Below, one piece after another: positions 1-10,148 of a DNA stretch of 64,000 nt; positions within the stretch are counted from its first letter, which is position 1, and each line of letters starts with the position of its first letter. The stretch lies in IMG/VR virus record IMGVR_UViG_3300000976_000008, positions 175,223-239,222 of that record; one strand, given 5' to 3'. The notes beneath the pieces were generated by a model. It saw only the letters and a list, made by a program, of their open reading frames with translations. It ran no database searches and was not told where the DNA came from. The translations under genes and the position numbers were made by a program. The DNA comes from a virus (Duplodnaviria > Heunggongvirae > Uroviricota > Caudoviricetes).

Positions 1-1
1 C

Positions 2-313
2 TTCGATTTTCTCAAAGAATTCCGGATCTTTCATCTCAAAGCACACAGCGTCTGAATACTTTTCATCCATTGCAATGTAAAAGTTGTCAATTTCGTCGCA
101 AGAATGAAGGTGAAAAAATAAATTCCCGAAGCGAATTAGCACATAAGATGGGCCATTTGTCAAATAGCCATTCGCCCCTCTATCAAGTTTGCCATGTTGA
201 TGGGCACACGCAAAGTCATCGATCTTATCCAAGCCTTCCGCAACTATTTTCAACAAAGTGTCGGCTTCGTTATCGACTCGGACCCATCTAGGCAATTGTA
301 TTTTGTCAGACAT
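2..313 (-). CDS. Family B small protein (partial, runs off window)
   Basis: Open frame from ATG at 313; motif FEMKDPEFFEKI. Confidence 0.7.
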   Translation of the reverse strand, partial: MSDKIQLPRWVRVDNEADTLLKIVAEGLDKIDDFACAHQHGKLDRGANGYLTNGPSYVLIRFGNLFFHLHSCDEIDNFYIAMDEKYSDAVCFEMKDPEFFEKIE

Positions 314-644
314 CATCATCCTTAACAGGGCAACCAAGCGATATCAACCAATCTTTCAATTTGGTAGAAAACGCCGGAGAAGAAACTTCAAGCTTGAGAT
401 ATGTTGGAATCAATTTGCCACAATCAGTAGTACCAATGAAACCAAGCCCTGGAATTCCCGACAAATTGAAGCCGACTTCAATCTCGCATTGTGCTGCAGC
501 ACAATGCGTCTCATAAAAAGAACACTGAGAGGACGATTGGAGAATTGAAGGATATTGATTCCAACCCATACACTCCAAGGCTTCTCGCACAAATTGAACG
601 ACAGCTTGTTCAGCTAGAGTTGGTCGATGCATCACCCGCCCCAT
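306..644 (-). CDS. Hypothetical protein, family B-like
   Basis: ORF; C-terminal LEVSSPAFSTKLKDWL. Confidence 0.7.
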   Translation of the reverse strand: MGRVMHRPTLAEQAVVQFVREALECMGWNQYPSILQSSSQCSFYETHCAAAQCEIEVGFNLSGIPGLGFIGTTDCGKLIPTYLKLEVSSPAFSTKLKDWLISLGCPVKDDDV

Positions 645-841
645 GGAGCATGTTTGGCAACCAAATCAACTGAGCGGCCTTCAGCACTTTTCACCAACTT
701 ATCATGGCGAACATCAGGCGGGTATTCATCAGTAACAACTACATCGACTCCAGCATTATCCAATGCCGTTCTGATGATCGCAATAATATCACCAAAAGTT
801 CCACCAGGGCCTGAAACCGTAACTGTTACTGGAACTCTCAT
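632..841 (-). CDS. Hypothetical protein
   Basis: ORF coupled to neighbours. Confidence 0.7.
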   Translation of the reverse strand: MRVPVTVTVSGPGGTFGDIIAIIRTALDNAGVDVVVTDEYPPDVRHDKLVKSAEGRSVDLVAKHAPWGG

Positions 842-1113
842 TTGTTCTTCTTACTCATCGTTATTTCAAGAATTCGTTGTAGCGATCCCGGTTCGCACAA
901 ATCAACCGTTTTACTATGGATGTTAGGCATATTGGACACACCCCTGATTTCAACATTCGCCACCGAACCAGTCATCATGATGGTAATAATATGGGTGCGA
1001 CGGAAAACTTGGATATAGCCACTATACAAACTAGCCTGAGTAACAGAAGCTTTCTGAAAATACTCGTAAATGCACTTCAGAAAATCTTTCTCAATAGCAG
1101 TAGCCGACAGCAT
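838..1113 (-). CDS. Family B small protein
   Basis: VDLCEPGSLQRILE. Confidence 0.7.
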   Translation of the reverse strand: MLSATAIEKDFLKCIYEYFQKASVTQASLYSGYIQVFRRTHIITIMMTGSVANVEIRGVSNMPNIHSKTVDLCEPGSLQRILEITMSKKNK

Positions 1114-1322
1114 CTACGTCCTCATCAAACGAGTATCCAAACGCGAAAGCTTTTCCTTAACACTTTCGCCAAGCGACTCCCATTCCACTTTGTCGTTGCA
1201 AAGAGCAGCTTTGATACTCATTAACATGTCTCGACGTCGCTTAAAATTCGCGTTGACCCAAATCTCTTTCGTCACAAATGTGCTTGGCACGGTCTCTCCT
1301 AGAGTAGATTGATTTGCTTAGT

Positions 1323-1349
1323 TGTTGCAAGTACAAATATATACATTAA
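1323..1349 (-). promoter_or_regulatory. Degenerate core promoter-like motif
   Basis: TGTTGCAA-N14-ATTAA, intergenic. Confidence 0.45.
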
Positions 1350-1411
1350 CTTTTGAACTCGCAATGCTCACCAATTAGTTCCCGATACGTTAGCCACTGT
1401 TTTTATTTTGG

Positions 1412-1840
1412 TCATTTAGTAAGCCTCAAGTGGCCATCGGGATTCACGCCACGCATCAAATATTCATGAAGCTCATCGAAAGAATTAGGATCATCCATAA
1501 TGAACGATTTTATTTCTTCAGCACTAGTTTCAAGCAAAGGATAGCCATACGCTTTAGCACAACAATTCAGAATCAACCCATTAGCACTCCTAGAAGTTAA
1601 ATCCATGGGCAGATCCCATTTATTCGATGGTAACCAATCGAACAATCTAACCTCACAACCTGATCGCTTTCCGATTATCTCGCATATTTCATAATACGCC
1701 ATATCTGTTATGAAACTAAGAGGAGCATTAGAAACCACATTACCATATAAATCAGTAATTGGTTTCTCATGGAATAAAGGATGGAAACCCTTTTCCACGA
1801 GGAATTCAAAGGTAGCCGCAATCATCAAACCGCCACGCAT
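1412..1840 (-). CDS. Family B-like protein, tandem paralog of 1840-2250
   Basis: Shared HPLFHE, YYEI/YFEI, CC and DDPNSF/ESPNSL motifs. Confidence 0.8.
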   Translation of the reverse strand: MRGGLMIAATFEFLVEKGFHPLFHEKPITDLYGNVVSNAPLSFITDMAYYEICEIIGKRSGCEVRLFDWLPSNKWDLPMDLTSRSANGLILNCCAKAYGYPLLETSAEEIKSFIMDDPNSFDELHEYLMRGVNPDGHLRLTK

Positions 1841-2250
1841 TATATTCCTCTGACTACATAAGTTTCAATCGCTTCGAGAGAGTTAGGGCTTTCAAAACTA
1901 AAAACTCTACTAGCATGAGGATCAAGACGTATTACAGGTCTCTTGAATTTTTTATAACAGCAGTCGCAGATCACATTATGAGAACTCCTGTGGCTGATCA
2001 TTGGTTGATCATGATCTTCAGCAGGAGTCCAAGGATGAAGCACTATCCGACAACCTCTAGAGCATTCATGGATCTCAAAGTACACCCACTTAGTGATCAG
2101 AGTAATAGGGGCAGTAGTAATAGGATTCCCCACATAATCATAAACCGCTTCTTCGTGGAATAGAGGATGTAAGTTAGCCTCCCTCAAATGCTCATATACC
2201 CCTCGAATAGCATCTCCCCGAGCTTCTACTTTGGCTCTCCTTCTACTCAT
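1840..2250 (-). CDS. Family B-like protein, tandem paralog of 1412-1840
   Basis: HPLFHE; FSFESPNSLEAIE. Confidence 0.8.
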   Translation of the reverse strand: MSRRRAKVEARGDAIRGVYEHLREANLHPLFHEEAVYDYVGNPITTAPITLITKWVYFEIHECSRGCRIVLHPWTPAEDHDQPMISHRSSHNVICDCCYKKFKRPVIRLDPHASRVFSFESPNSLEAIETYVVRGI

Positions 2251-2545
2251 GAATCAGATCGCCCTTGAGGTCGGCCAATCTAACATTAGCCCTTTTCATG
2301 GCCTTCCTCTTTTCTTCCGTGTACTGTTCCCTATAGCTTATATCAACAATCCATTTACCACCAGTTCGCCAGAATTTGGTACCACTACCCATAATGGAAT
2401 TTAGACGATATTCACGAGGAATTCGAGACTTCTGGGCACCTATAAAAGCATCTCTCCCTATCTCGACGGCACAGCCTTCATCAACCAGAATATCATAAAT
2501 CTGGTTCCCTAATTTCTCGTTAATTCGATTCTCAGCCATCGCCAC
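2243..2545 (-). CDS. Hypothetical protein
   Basis: ORF with GGAG RBS. Confidence 0.75.
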   Translation of the reverse strand: MAMAENRINEKLGNQIYDILVDEGCAVEIGRDAFIGAQKSRIPREYRLNSIMGSGTKFWRTGGKWIVDISYREQYTEEKRKAMKRANVRLADLKGDLIHE

Positions 2546-2587
2546 TCCAAATCAACCTTGGGTAAAAGTGTCTTGCGAACAACCATA

Positions 2588-2890
2588 CTAGATACCCCCA
2601 CCATCCCAGAAGCAATGCGGATCAATCAATCCACCACAAGCAGGATCAGCCAAATCGATCGATAGAATCTTGGCCAGATCGGAAACAACATCTAAAAAAG
2701 CAAAACGATGTTTCATGTAAGTGCTTCTATGGCCGCGACGATTCTTATAGACCCTGAAGTTGCCCTCATCATTCATGATAGCTTGATAATGACACGTTTG
2801 CACCAATTTCTTATCGATGCTATATTCTGGGACCACTATGATTACTAGATCATTCGCTTGATTATAAAGGCTCATGGGATCATATTGCAA
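2588..2890 (-). CDS. Hypothetical protein, family B-like tail
   Basis: SIDLADP. Confidence 0.6.
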   Translation of the reverse strand: MQYDPMSLYNQANDLVIIVVPEYSIDKKLVQTCHYQAIMNDEGNFRVYKNRRGHRSTYMKHRFAFLDVVSDLAKILSIDLADPACGGLIDPHCFWDGGGI

Positions 2891-3543
2891 GTGAATTGTT
2901 GTCCAGCAATCACAGATTCCTGGAAAGCTTTCCTCTCGTCCAACCGAGCACGTTCACGTTTTTCGATTTTCATCTTCGCTTCTTCACGAATCCGAAGCTC
3001 ATTTGCGAGATGAACATCATGAGCATCACTGCTCACTTTCGCTAGAGCGACAATCAACTTCGCATTCGGGTATTGTTTCGCGTATTCATACCCAAGTTTC
3101 GCATTCGAGCCACGATGCAAAAAATCACCGTGAGCAACATCAATCGTATGAATGATCTCATACAATTGGTCGCCGATATCCACAAACTGAGATATCGTCT
3201 TTCTCTCAGTGTTTTTGATGCATTTCCTCAACCCAGCGATTTCGGCATCAATGAGGCCCATATCCTCATCAGTCAAGATTACAATTCGATCCATGCGATT
3301 GTAAAAACATGTTTCGCTGGTGCCGTACCAGAATGGAGAGATACGACGGACTTTGCTATATCTGTATTCCTCCGCACTAGTCATCCTAGGAACTACATGA
3401 GGATTCGCCGAACCGAGAGAATTACGACGTTTTAGTTGATGGGAAAGAAACGATTCCTTTCGATGGGGAATATCAAACTCCATCGAAAAGAGGATTCTAA
3501 AGAATTGGTCCCTTGACGGCTGTCTGGTAGCTTCGTCCATCAT
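2872..3543 (-). CDS. Hypothetical protein
   Basis: 223-aa ORF. Confidence 0.75.
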   Translation of the reverse strand: MMDEATRQPSRDQFFRILFSMEFDIPHRKESFLSHQLKRRNSLGSANPHVVPRMTSAEEYRYSKVRRISPFWYGTSETCFYNRMDRIVILTDEDMGLIDAEIAGLRKCIKNTERKTISQFVDIGDQLYEIIHTIDVAHGDFLHRGSNAKLGYEYAKQYPNAKLIVALAKVSSDAHDVHLANELRIREEAKMKIEKRERARLDERKAFQESVIAGQQFTCNMIP

Positions 3544-4306
3544 TTAACCCAACTATCTCATTAGAATGGCCAACGGGGAGTTGAACCTCACTTGGCTCAT
3601 CTTCGAGACTTAGATTCCACTCCATGAAGCAATCATGGGAATTACTAATCTCCGTCCCCGTGTTACCAGATTGTGGGATATAGTTAATTGGCGTAGGTGC
3701 AACAGTAGTAGGGCCAATATGAAAACAAGGGTTCCCGTTCCAATCGTCGCCAAAATCGTCTTCAAGAACTCCATTTGCTGTTGTACGTCCAAGTAACCAC
3801 TCCTCATTACGACTAGGAACAGTCATATCCATACCCATCAATTTGTCAACCAATTCTTGGCGGCTTAGATTTGCTATGTCACTTTCGATCTGATCAACAA
3901 CTGTCGAAGGTATAGACTTCTTTTTCTTTCCCTTCCTCTTCCTCTTTTCCGAGCCAGGCTGCTTATGAGCTTTCTTCTGATGCTCGATCATTTGCTCCTT
4001 CAAATCTCTCAAGTTACCTTGTTTTTCGTTGATTCGTGCCTGCAACTCCTGAACCGCTTTCTTCCGAGCAACCCACTTATCAAAAAGAGGCGAATTCAAC
4101 CAATCCCGAAGATCCTTCAAATCCGAATACCCCAAAGTCACCCGAGGCCCGCCACCACCAGTGTTGACGATATAGACCTCATGAAGACTCAACTCAACGA
4201 AAAAAGGCTTATCAGTGACTTTTTCCTTCACCATGGTAGTACCTTGTGACATAGGTGATGGGTTTCCGACACCCATAATTTTCTCAACTTTGCCGCCAAT
4301 AGTCAT
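3497..4306 (-). CDS. Hypothetical coiled-coil protein
   Basis: 269-aa ORF, coupled start. Confidence 0.75.
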   Translation of the reverse strand: MTIGGKVEKIMGVGNPSPMSQGTTMVKEKVTDKPFFVELSLHEVYIVNTGGGGPRVTLGYSDLKDLRDWLNSPLFDKWVARKKAVQELQARINEKQGNLRDLKEQMIEHQKKAHKQPGSEKRKRKGKKKKSIPSTVVDQIESDIANLSRQELVDKLMGMDMTVPSRNEEWLLGRTTANGVLEDDFGDDWNGNPCFHIGPTTVAPTPINYIPQSGNTGTEISNSHDCFMEWNLSLEDEPSEVQLPVGHSNEIVGLNDGRSYQTAVKGPIL

Positions 4307-4638
4307 TTTTGTTTCTTCTTGTTCGGGATTGGATACTTCTCAACGAACTTTTGTTTGTACCAATCGATTCTGTCAGAAAGAGTCTTGATCCCCAATGATT
4401 CACATGGTTCAAATGGCTCTGGATCATTAAACATAGTACCAGTCGTAGACCAATATTCCAAATAATGACCTCTAATGCAAGAATCGTCCTTACCAACACC
4501 AGCACGAATAGAACCACCAAAATGATGAGTCTTAACCTGGTCGCCAGCCTTGAATTGAGTCGCAAAAACAGGGCGAGCAATCCAACCACCAGCAATAGTC
4601 CAAAGACCAAACTCATCACTCTGAATACCAGCCATCAC
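4303..4638 (-). CDS. Hypothetical protein
   Basis: ORF. Confidence 0.75.
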   Translation of the reverse strand: MMAGIQSDEFGLWTIAGGWIARPVFATQFKAGDQVKTHHFGGSIRAGVGKDDSCIRGHYLEYWSTTGTMFNDPEPFEPCESLGIKTLSDRIDWYKQKFVEKYPIPNKKKQK

Positions 4639-4801
4639 TTCTTCCTACAAGTGCACTTAGCACGATACAACGGAATCTTATCAACATCCCGTTCAAATTT
4701 CATATCATTATGAGTCAATGAAGAACCGTTAATCCAAGCCCCCTCACGAATCCGAACAATTCACTCAAGCTGACCACGTTTCACACACCACTCACATGGC
4801 A

Positions 4802-5098
4802 TCAATGTTCCCTCAAAGACTCATTCTGATGAACAGAAATATCAACACCCCTGCCGGGAAAAGTTGCCAAAATATCCGATTCAGGCCCATCACCATCATC
4901 ATGCATCGGTCCTTCAGTCACCTTCAGACCCGTAATAGCAAACCGTTGATCTTCAGCATGTCCAACGGTGTAATTCTCCCCCTCACCAGCACCATGGTCA
5001 GTCACCGAACAAAGAGAAATCACCATATAAGCAGGAAGCTTCTTATTCTTAACTTTCCCGAGAAGCTTCTCTAAATCGCCAACAGAAATGGAAGACAT
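4802..5098 (-). CDS. Hypothetical protein
   Basis: ORF, TAATG coupling. Confidence 0.7.
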   Translation of the reverse strand: MSSISVGDLEKLLGKVKNKKLPAYMVISLCSVTDHGAGEGENYTVGHAEDQRFAITGLKVTEGPMHDDGDGPESDILATFPGRGVDISVHQNESLREH

Positions 5099-5424
5099 TA
5101 AACTTCCTCTAAAGGACCAACTCGCTCAAGATAATATGAAAGAATCTCATGAGCCTTATTACCAGTATTCCCAAACTTCGGTTCCTCAAAATAGTCTGAA
5201 AAACCAATCATATCAGGAACATCAGAATCACTGAATTCCCAAATGCACTCCACTACCTCCCCACCAAGAGGTAACTTCGACACAATCTCCCGTTCCTCAT
5301 CACTCAGAGGGATGATACCATCATGGGCAAAACGACCAGAAACGAAACAAACAAAATTCCGATCATGAGCCTTACCAACAGAATAAATCATCATCACACT
5401 ACCCAAAAAGGGACGGAGACCCAA
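5098..5424 (-). CDS. Hypothetical protein
   Basis: ORF. Confidence 0.7.
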   Translation of the reverse strand: MGLRPFLGSVMMIYSVGKAHDRNFVCFVSGRFAHDGIIPLSDEEREIVSKLPLGGEVVECIWEFSDSDVPDMIGFSDYFEEPKFGNTGNKAHEILSYYLERVGPLEEV

Positions 5425-5546
5425 GCATTCCTAATCCAATCGGGGAAGATGATGCCGAACCTCCCAATTGGGACGAGGGTCTCCGTCATGTCTCAAAGAT
5501 CGCCAGACCGACCCATATATCCAATACGGCAAACACTGCCACCAAA

Positions 5547-5897
5547 TTATTCCACCGGCAAAGAAGGACGAGAACCACGACGAATCCACATCGCACTACC
5601 CTCAATCAACCGAACCCGACCACCAACACCCTTTTTCGCCACATTGAAGAACTTACGGACCGAATAAGTCAGCTTATCCTTACAGCCAGCCTTATCACTC
5701 GCAATGATCTTAAAAGACCTAGCAGCCACCGATCTAATGGCACCATTCACATAAGTCACAACCTGCATGTAAGTCAACAACAAAACCTGGTCTTGACCCA
5801 AATTACTCGTATCTAGCATCGATATCTCCTGCCATCCTATTACAAACTGATTCACAGCGTTAACAGTAGCACTGATCACAGCACACCAACCCGACAC
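5547..5897 (-). CDS. Hypothetical protein
   Basis: ORF. Confidence 0.6.
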   Translation of the reverse strand: MSGWCAVISATVNAVNQFVIGWQEISMLDTSNLGQDQVLLLTYMQVVTYVNGAIRSVAARSFKIIASDKAGCKDKLTYSVRKFFNVAKKGVGGRVRLIEGSAMWIRRGSRPSLPVE

Positions 5898-6214
5898 TCA
5901 TCAGAATCTCTCGCAAAAGGTTCCTTCTTCGTCACAGCAAGGAAACGGTACACAGGATCACCAGGGGCACCCGGAATAGACGCCGCACCCACATTCCGAA
6001 AATCGATAGCCTCATAATCCTCATCCATATAAGTCAACGACCTCAGATGAATCCCCTCCGAATTCGTCACAACAATCTTATCCTTCGGAGTATCTGGCAA
6101 AATCTCCTCATTCACCAAATGCCAATTATAGTATTCACCCGGCTTGAAGCGATCTACCAAAATGTAATACTTGTGCCTAATAACTGAATTGTGACTCCAC
6201 CACTCTTTGGGCAT
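5876..6214 (-). CDS. Family A small protein
   Basis: WHLVNEEILPDT...LTYMDEDY. Confidence 0.8.
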   Translation of the reverse strand: MPKEWWSHNSVIRHKYYILVDRFKPGEYYNWHLVNEEILPDTPKDKIVVTNSEGIHLRSLTYMDEDYEAIDFRNVGAASIPGAPGDPVYRFLAVTKKEPFARDSDECRVGVL

Positions 6215-6521
6215 GTTCGTAAGCTCTCAAACCGGCTCGATTAATTCGACTACTAATTGTTGCAACTACCTGTTGCGGAAAAGAATTATCATAATAATCA
6301 AAGAAAGCCACTGTGCCATCACAATACAACGAAAGACAACCCTTCTTCCAATCCCCCAAACCACCATACCCCAAATAGTACGTCAAATGCTTAGGAATCA
6401 TCACCAAAAGCACATGATCATTTGATTGAGAACACATGATCGAAGGGAATTCTTTAATAAGAGTCGCCTCCAACTCATCAACAATTAATTGATTCACACC
6501 AAGACGGAAGCTATCACTCAT
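6177..6521 (-). CDS. Hypothetical protein
   Basis: ORF. Confidence 0.7.
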   Translation of the reverse strand: MSDSFRLGVNQLIVDELEATLIKEFPSIMCSQSNDHVLLVMIPKHLTYYLGYGGLGDWKKGCLSLYCDGTVAFFDYYDNSFPQQVVATISSRINRAGLRAYEHAQRVVESQFSY

Positions 6522-6910
6522 AATGGCATCTCGAATTCACTGAACTTCTCGACACACAAATCGAAGAAATCATTCTCATCCAACAACCTCCCCAACATCC
6601 TCGCATACGCTGGAGCATTCATAGGATAGAAAATAATAAAAATCCCCTCATCCAAATCCTGTGTTACAATATGAGCCGAGTGACAAATCTGCGACTGCAA
6701 CCCACCATCCCACCAAGCCTTTGACTTCTCCATCGCCTTAAACTTGGCATTTCTCCTAAAAGTATAAATATCCACACTGAAGAACAACATGGCATTATAA
6801 GAATTAGGACATGGATCTACCCCCTCAATCAGTCCATGCACCGAATCTAACCGACCCAACTGTACAGAATAATTCGAGAATTTTTCCGCAAGATCAGATT
6901 TTTTCGACAT
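6518..6910 (-). CDS. Hypothetical protein
   Basis: ORF. Confidence 0.75.
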   Translation of the reverse strand: MSKKSDLAEKFSNYSVQLGRLDSVHGLIEGVDPCPNSYNAMLFFSVDIYTFRRNAKFKAMEKSKAWWDGGLQSQICHSAHIVTQDLDEGIFIIFYPMNAPAYARMLGRLLDENDFFDLCVEKFSEFEMPL

Positions 6911-7149
6911 ATCACAGACTCAGATACCAGACGTCTTAGCTAGAACCATCACTTGATGGCTAAAAAGGCTCATCAACGCACTAGGCGAAACATAGCAAAA
7001 CCCCCTCAACCGCAAAGCACAAACACCACCCACCACCAGCACACCCATCACCCCAACCAGCACCAACTCAAAAACACCAGACACCAGCCACAACCGCAAG
7101 GACCAACTATTCCTACGGAAAACAACGTCAGAGCGACAACGCTGCAAAC

Positions 7150-7452
7150 TCACAACCACTCCCATTCCCTATTCCGAAAACTATTCAAAACAGGATCAAC
7201 CTTCGTCAAAACAGGAAGCTTAACAGAAGAAGACTCCACAATCATACGACTATCCTCATCATACGATCTATCAAAAACCGAAAAAATCCTATAATCCACC
7301 CCATTATGGGAAAGGAGCTTATGATCAGAACTGATCATAACCACATTTTTCAAATCAACATCCGAAGGCACCACTTCCGGACACTCCAACAACCCCTCAA
7401 TCTGCCCCGATTGCCCCACCTTACCAACTCCCCTCTTCGCCCTCAGTCTCAA
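7150..7452 (-). CDS. Family A small protein
   Basis: VVMISSDHKLLSHNGVDYRI. Confidence 0.65.
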   Translation of the reverse strand: MRLRAKRGVGKVGQSGQIEGLLECPEVVPSDVDLKNVVMISSDHKLLSHNGVDYRIFSVFDRSYDEDSRMIVESSSVKLPVLTKVDPVLNSFRNREWEWL

Positions 7453-7762
7453 TCACGTACCGATCACCACCCATAGAAGTCAACGACGTCACCGCATAAT
7501 CCTCATCATCATGCGTCAATACCTCATCGTAGAAACCACCCCTATTCCGCCTCAACGGATCATCTGGCAACCTGTACGACGTTAGCAAGGCAAAATTGGC
7601 CATATCCGTATCAGGCGTAACCTCAATAATCTCCACCGTCCAACGAATAAATGGCGGATCATGGTTAAATCCCCCATGATGTTTATGAACCACCTTGAAA
7701 TAATTCTGCTTTGACGGCTTCGGCACTTGCCCTCCTTGCCAGCCTTCTATACTATCAACCAC
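7421..7762 (-). CDS. Family A small protein
   Basis: RWTVEIIEVTPDT...LTHDDEDY. Confidence 0.75.
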   Translation of the reverse strand: MVDSIEGWQGGQVPKPSKQNYFKVVHKHHGGFNHDPPFIRWTVEIIEVTPDTDMANFALLTSYRLPDDPLRRNRGGFYDEVLTHDDEDYAVTSLTSMGGDRYVIETEGEEGSW

Positions 7763-7854
7763 TTGCCCATGGCCCCTATGTAAAGAAATACCTTGGTGCC
7801 GGAATCACCCACTCGAAGGCGAAATTTCCCCACTTCTACTGTTTTCCATGTATC

Positions 7855-7894
7855 CCCAACTTCCCAACTTCCCAACTTCCCAACTTCCCCACTT
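7855..7894. repeat. 8-bp tandem repeat (CCCAACTT)x4-5; potential G-quadruplex on minus strand
   Basis: Direct reading; minus strand GGGAAGTT repeats. Confidence 0.85.
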
Positions 7895-8063
7895 TCCCAA
7901 ATGCCCCACTTCCGGGAAGGGGAATAATTCCTATTTGAGCCTTCAACCCGTCCCGCGACGTTTTCGCTCCGGAACGAGGGACCCATATAATAATTCCTAA
8001 TTGAACCTTGGGACGTTCCGAAAAATATCTCAACCGAGAGAGCAACCCGAAGCACCCCCTAAT

Positions 8064-8107
8064 ATTCCCCTCATTTCCCTACCAATACTTAGGGTTTTGA
8101 GGGGAAT
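8064..8107. other. Inverted repeat at strand-skew flip 1
   Basis: ATTCCCCTCA..CCCTA / TAGGG..TGAGGGGAAT. Confidence 0.6.
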
Positions 8108-8180
8108 TCCCTGGGGTCTCTTGGATACCTGAAAGTCCCGCCGCCCGGCAACGCACCGAGCGACGGTCTTCAGGAACGTC

Positions 8181-8429
8181 CTACTCGTCGCCGGATTCGT
8201 CGGCGACTACTGGCTCTGGGGTTTCCTCGACTGGCAGTGGCTCGCCGGTCTCGATGAGGATTGCGGCTTGATCTTCGGTGACTTTGGCTCCTGAGGCGAC
8301 GATCTTGTTGCCGAGGCTTCGGATTTCCATGCCGACGAGTGTGCGGGCTTCGTTCTCGGTGCAGTTTCGTGCTGCGATGATTGCTTTGACGAGTGACTGA
8401 GTGAGGGCGGCGAGTTGCTTCTTGTTCAT
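8181..8429 (-). CDS. Cassette protein, MNKKQL family copy 1
   Basis: Near-identical N-terminus to 14933-15154 and 15273-15488. Confidence 0.9.
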   Translation of the reverse strand: MNKKQLAALTQSLVKAIIAARNCTENEARTLVGMEIRSLGNKIVASGAKVTEDQAAILIETGEPLPVEETPEPVVADESGDE

Positions 8430-8517
8430 GTTCTTCGTTCCTGAAAGTGGGGTTTTTTGAGTGAGGAGTCGTTTGGTCGTCCTCTCTCCCTTTTGTGTTG
8501 CGAGCGGGAGTGGCTCG

Positions 8518-8766
8518 TTAATTCCTAGCTGGCCAGGTGATTGTGATCGTCGAGCCTGCGGAGTGTTCGGTGTTGTCGTCGAAGGTGATGGAACCTTCTT
8601 CAGCTTCGAAGTTGTTGCAGAGGTTGTCTTCGAGTTCGGTGGTTTTTTCGCCTCCGTTGGCGATTTGGTCCCAGATCTGTGAAAGTGTGGCGTCGTCGGC
8701 TACTTCTTGAGCGTAGTTTTCTGTTTCGCCGGAGAAGTGGCCGGTATGTTCGACTTTGACTTGCAT
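8518..8766 (-). CDS. Cassette hypothetical protein (acidic)
   Basis: Start trimmed to ATG after repeat; TAA lies in GTTAA box. Confidence 0.8.
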   Translation of the reverse strand: MQVKVEHTGHFSGETENYAQEVADDATLSQIWDQIANGGEKTTELEDNLCNNFEAEEGSITFDDNTEHSAGSTITITWPARN

Positions 8767-8827
8767 CGTTGTTTCCGCGAGGAATTGGGGAATCGTCTGC
8801 CCTTCTGTTGCGAGCAGACGACTCCCG

Positions 8828-9031
8828 TTAATTCGGGAGTTCGTGGATGCTGTAGACGGTGTCGTTGCCAACGACCCAGAAGGCGGTGAGTGAGTGTTCG
8901 TTCAGTTCTTTGTATTCGGTGACTTCTTGTCCGGCTTCGTTGCGGATGAGGGTTTTGCAGCCTTCGAGGCTTCCTGATCCGAGGATTCGTGCTCCTTGGC
9001 CTGGCTTTTCGATGATGACGATGAGGTTCAT
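8828..9031 (-). CDS. Cassette hypothetical protein
   Basis: AGGA RBS; stop in GTTAA box. Confidence 0.8.
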   Translation of the reverse strand: MNLIVIIEKPGQGARILGSGSLEGCKTLIRNEAGQEVTEYKELNEHSLTAFWVVGNDTVYSIHELPN

Positions 9032-9103
9032 GTTTGTCCTTTTGTGGGAATTGCCTGCCCTTCTGTTGCGAGGGCAGGATTCCCGTTAATCTCGGTCAGG
9101 GGT

Positions 9104-9478
9104 CTATTCCTCTGTTGTCAGCAGGGTCGCTGCTTTCCGTGCTGCCTCTGGGTCTGCGAGGGGTATTCGCCATTCGTCGCCTTCGGGTGAGATTCCGAAG
9201 TATTCCTCGGTTTTCAGGTCCACCGCGAGCCATCCCCAAAAGTCCATGTCGGCATTTCCCCTGGTGAAGTATGGGTAGTTTGCCCAGACGATCGAGAGGG
9301 CGTTTTCTTTGGCGTCGTTGATGTCTGCCCCGATTTCGGCGATCCCTGTTGCCTCGATGTCTTCGAGAGCTTGGAGGGCCAGAGCGAGGGCTGGGTAGCT
9401 TGGTTGATCTTCGGCTCGCCAGTTTTTGGTTTGTTGGCCGTTGTCGTCTTTTCTGATCTTGGCGGTGCTTGTCTTCAT
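9104..9478 (-). CDS. Cassette hypothetical protein
   Basis: AGGAG RBS after repeat. Confidence 0.8.
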   Translation of the reverse strand: MKTSTAKIRKDDNGQQTKNWRAEDQPSYPALALALQALEDIEATGIAEIGADINDAKENALSIVWANYPYFTRGNADMDFWGWLAVDLKTEEYFGISPEGDEWRIPLADPEAARKAATLLTTEE

Positions 9479-9550
9479 TGCCGTGTCTCCTGAGGGATTG
9501 GGGGAATCGTCTGCCCCTCTGTTGCGAGCAGACGAACCCCGTTAATCTCG

Positions 9551-9811
9551 CTATTCCCAATTGACGGAGAGTGGCGTGTCGGTGGCCCAGGCGGTGAGTT
9601 GCACGCAATCTTCGGTAACCAAATCCTCTGGTTCTGTTGAGTCTTCTTTCTCGTAGTCGAACGCTGGATTTGGTCGAGAGTGGGGCAGTTCGCCAATTCT
9701 GACTTCGCCGACATCAGAATTAACGGAATCCCCACCTGCTTCTACTGTGAGGTAAACTGGAAGGTCAGGACCTTCGAGAAGCTCGGCGGCGAGTTGGTGT
9801 GCTGTTTTCAT
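9551..9811 (-). CDS. Cassette hypothetical protein
   Basis: GGAG RBS after repeat. Confidence 0.8.
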   Translation of the reverse strand: MKTAHQLAAELLEGPDLPVYLTVEAGGDSVNSDVGEVRIGELPHSRPNPAFDYEKEDSTEPEDLVTEDCVQLTAWATDTPLSVNWE

Positions 9812-9873
9812 TTTGGTCTCCGAGGATGGGAATCGTCTGCCCCTCTGTTGCGAGGGGCAGATTCCCGTTAACC

Positions 9874-10080
9874 TTAGTCTCGTGGGTCTCGGAAGGCTTC
9901 CGCGATGTCGTTGAGTTCTTGAGGTTCCAGGATTTGAGTGTTCTCTTCGACTTCTCTCGGTGTCGGCGAGGGGTCTTGGAGGCAGTAGCAGTAAGCGTCC
10001 CAGCGAGCTTGTTCCGGGTGGGTGGTAGTGTTTACCTTGATCAGTCGGTGTTGGTCGCCGTTTGTAACCAGGACGAGCAT
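9874..10080 (-). CDS. Cassette hypothetical protein
   Basis: AGGAG RBS after repeat. Confidence 0.8.
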   Translation of the reverse strand: MLVLVTNGDQHRLIKVNTTTHPEQARWDAYCYCLQDPSPTPREVEENTQILEPQELNDIAEAFRDPRD

Positions 10081-10148
10081 TTTTGAACTCCTGAGGAATT
10101 TGGGGGAATCGTCTACCCCTCTGTTGCGAGGGGCAGACTCCCGTTAAT

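Noticed and set aside
7747-8055. ORF with GKLGSWEV repeats
   Set aside because: Translation of the 8-bp tandem repeat in a probable non-coding gap.
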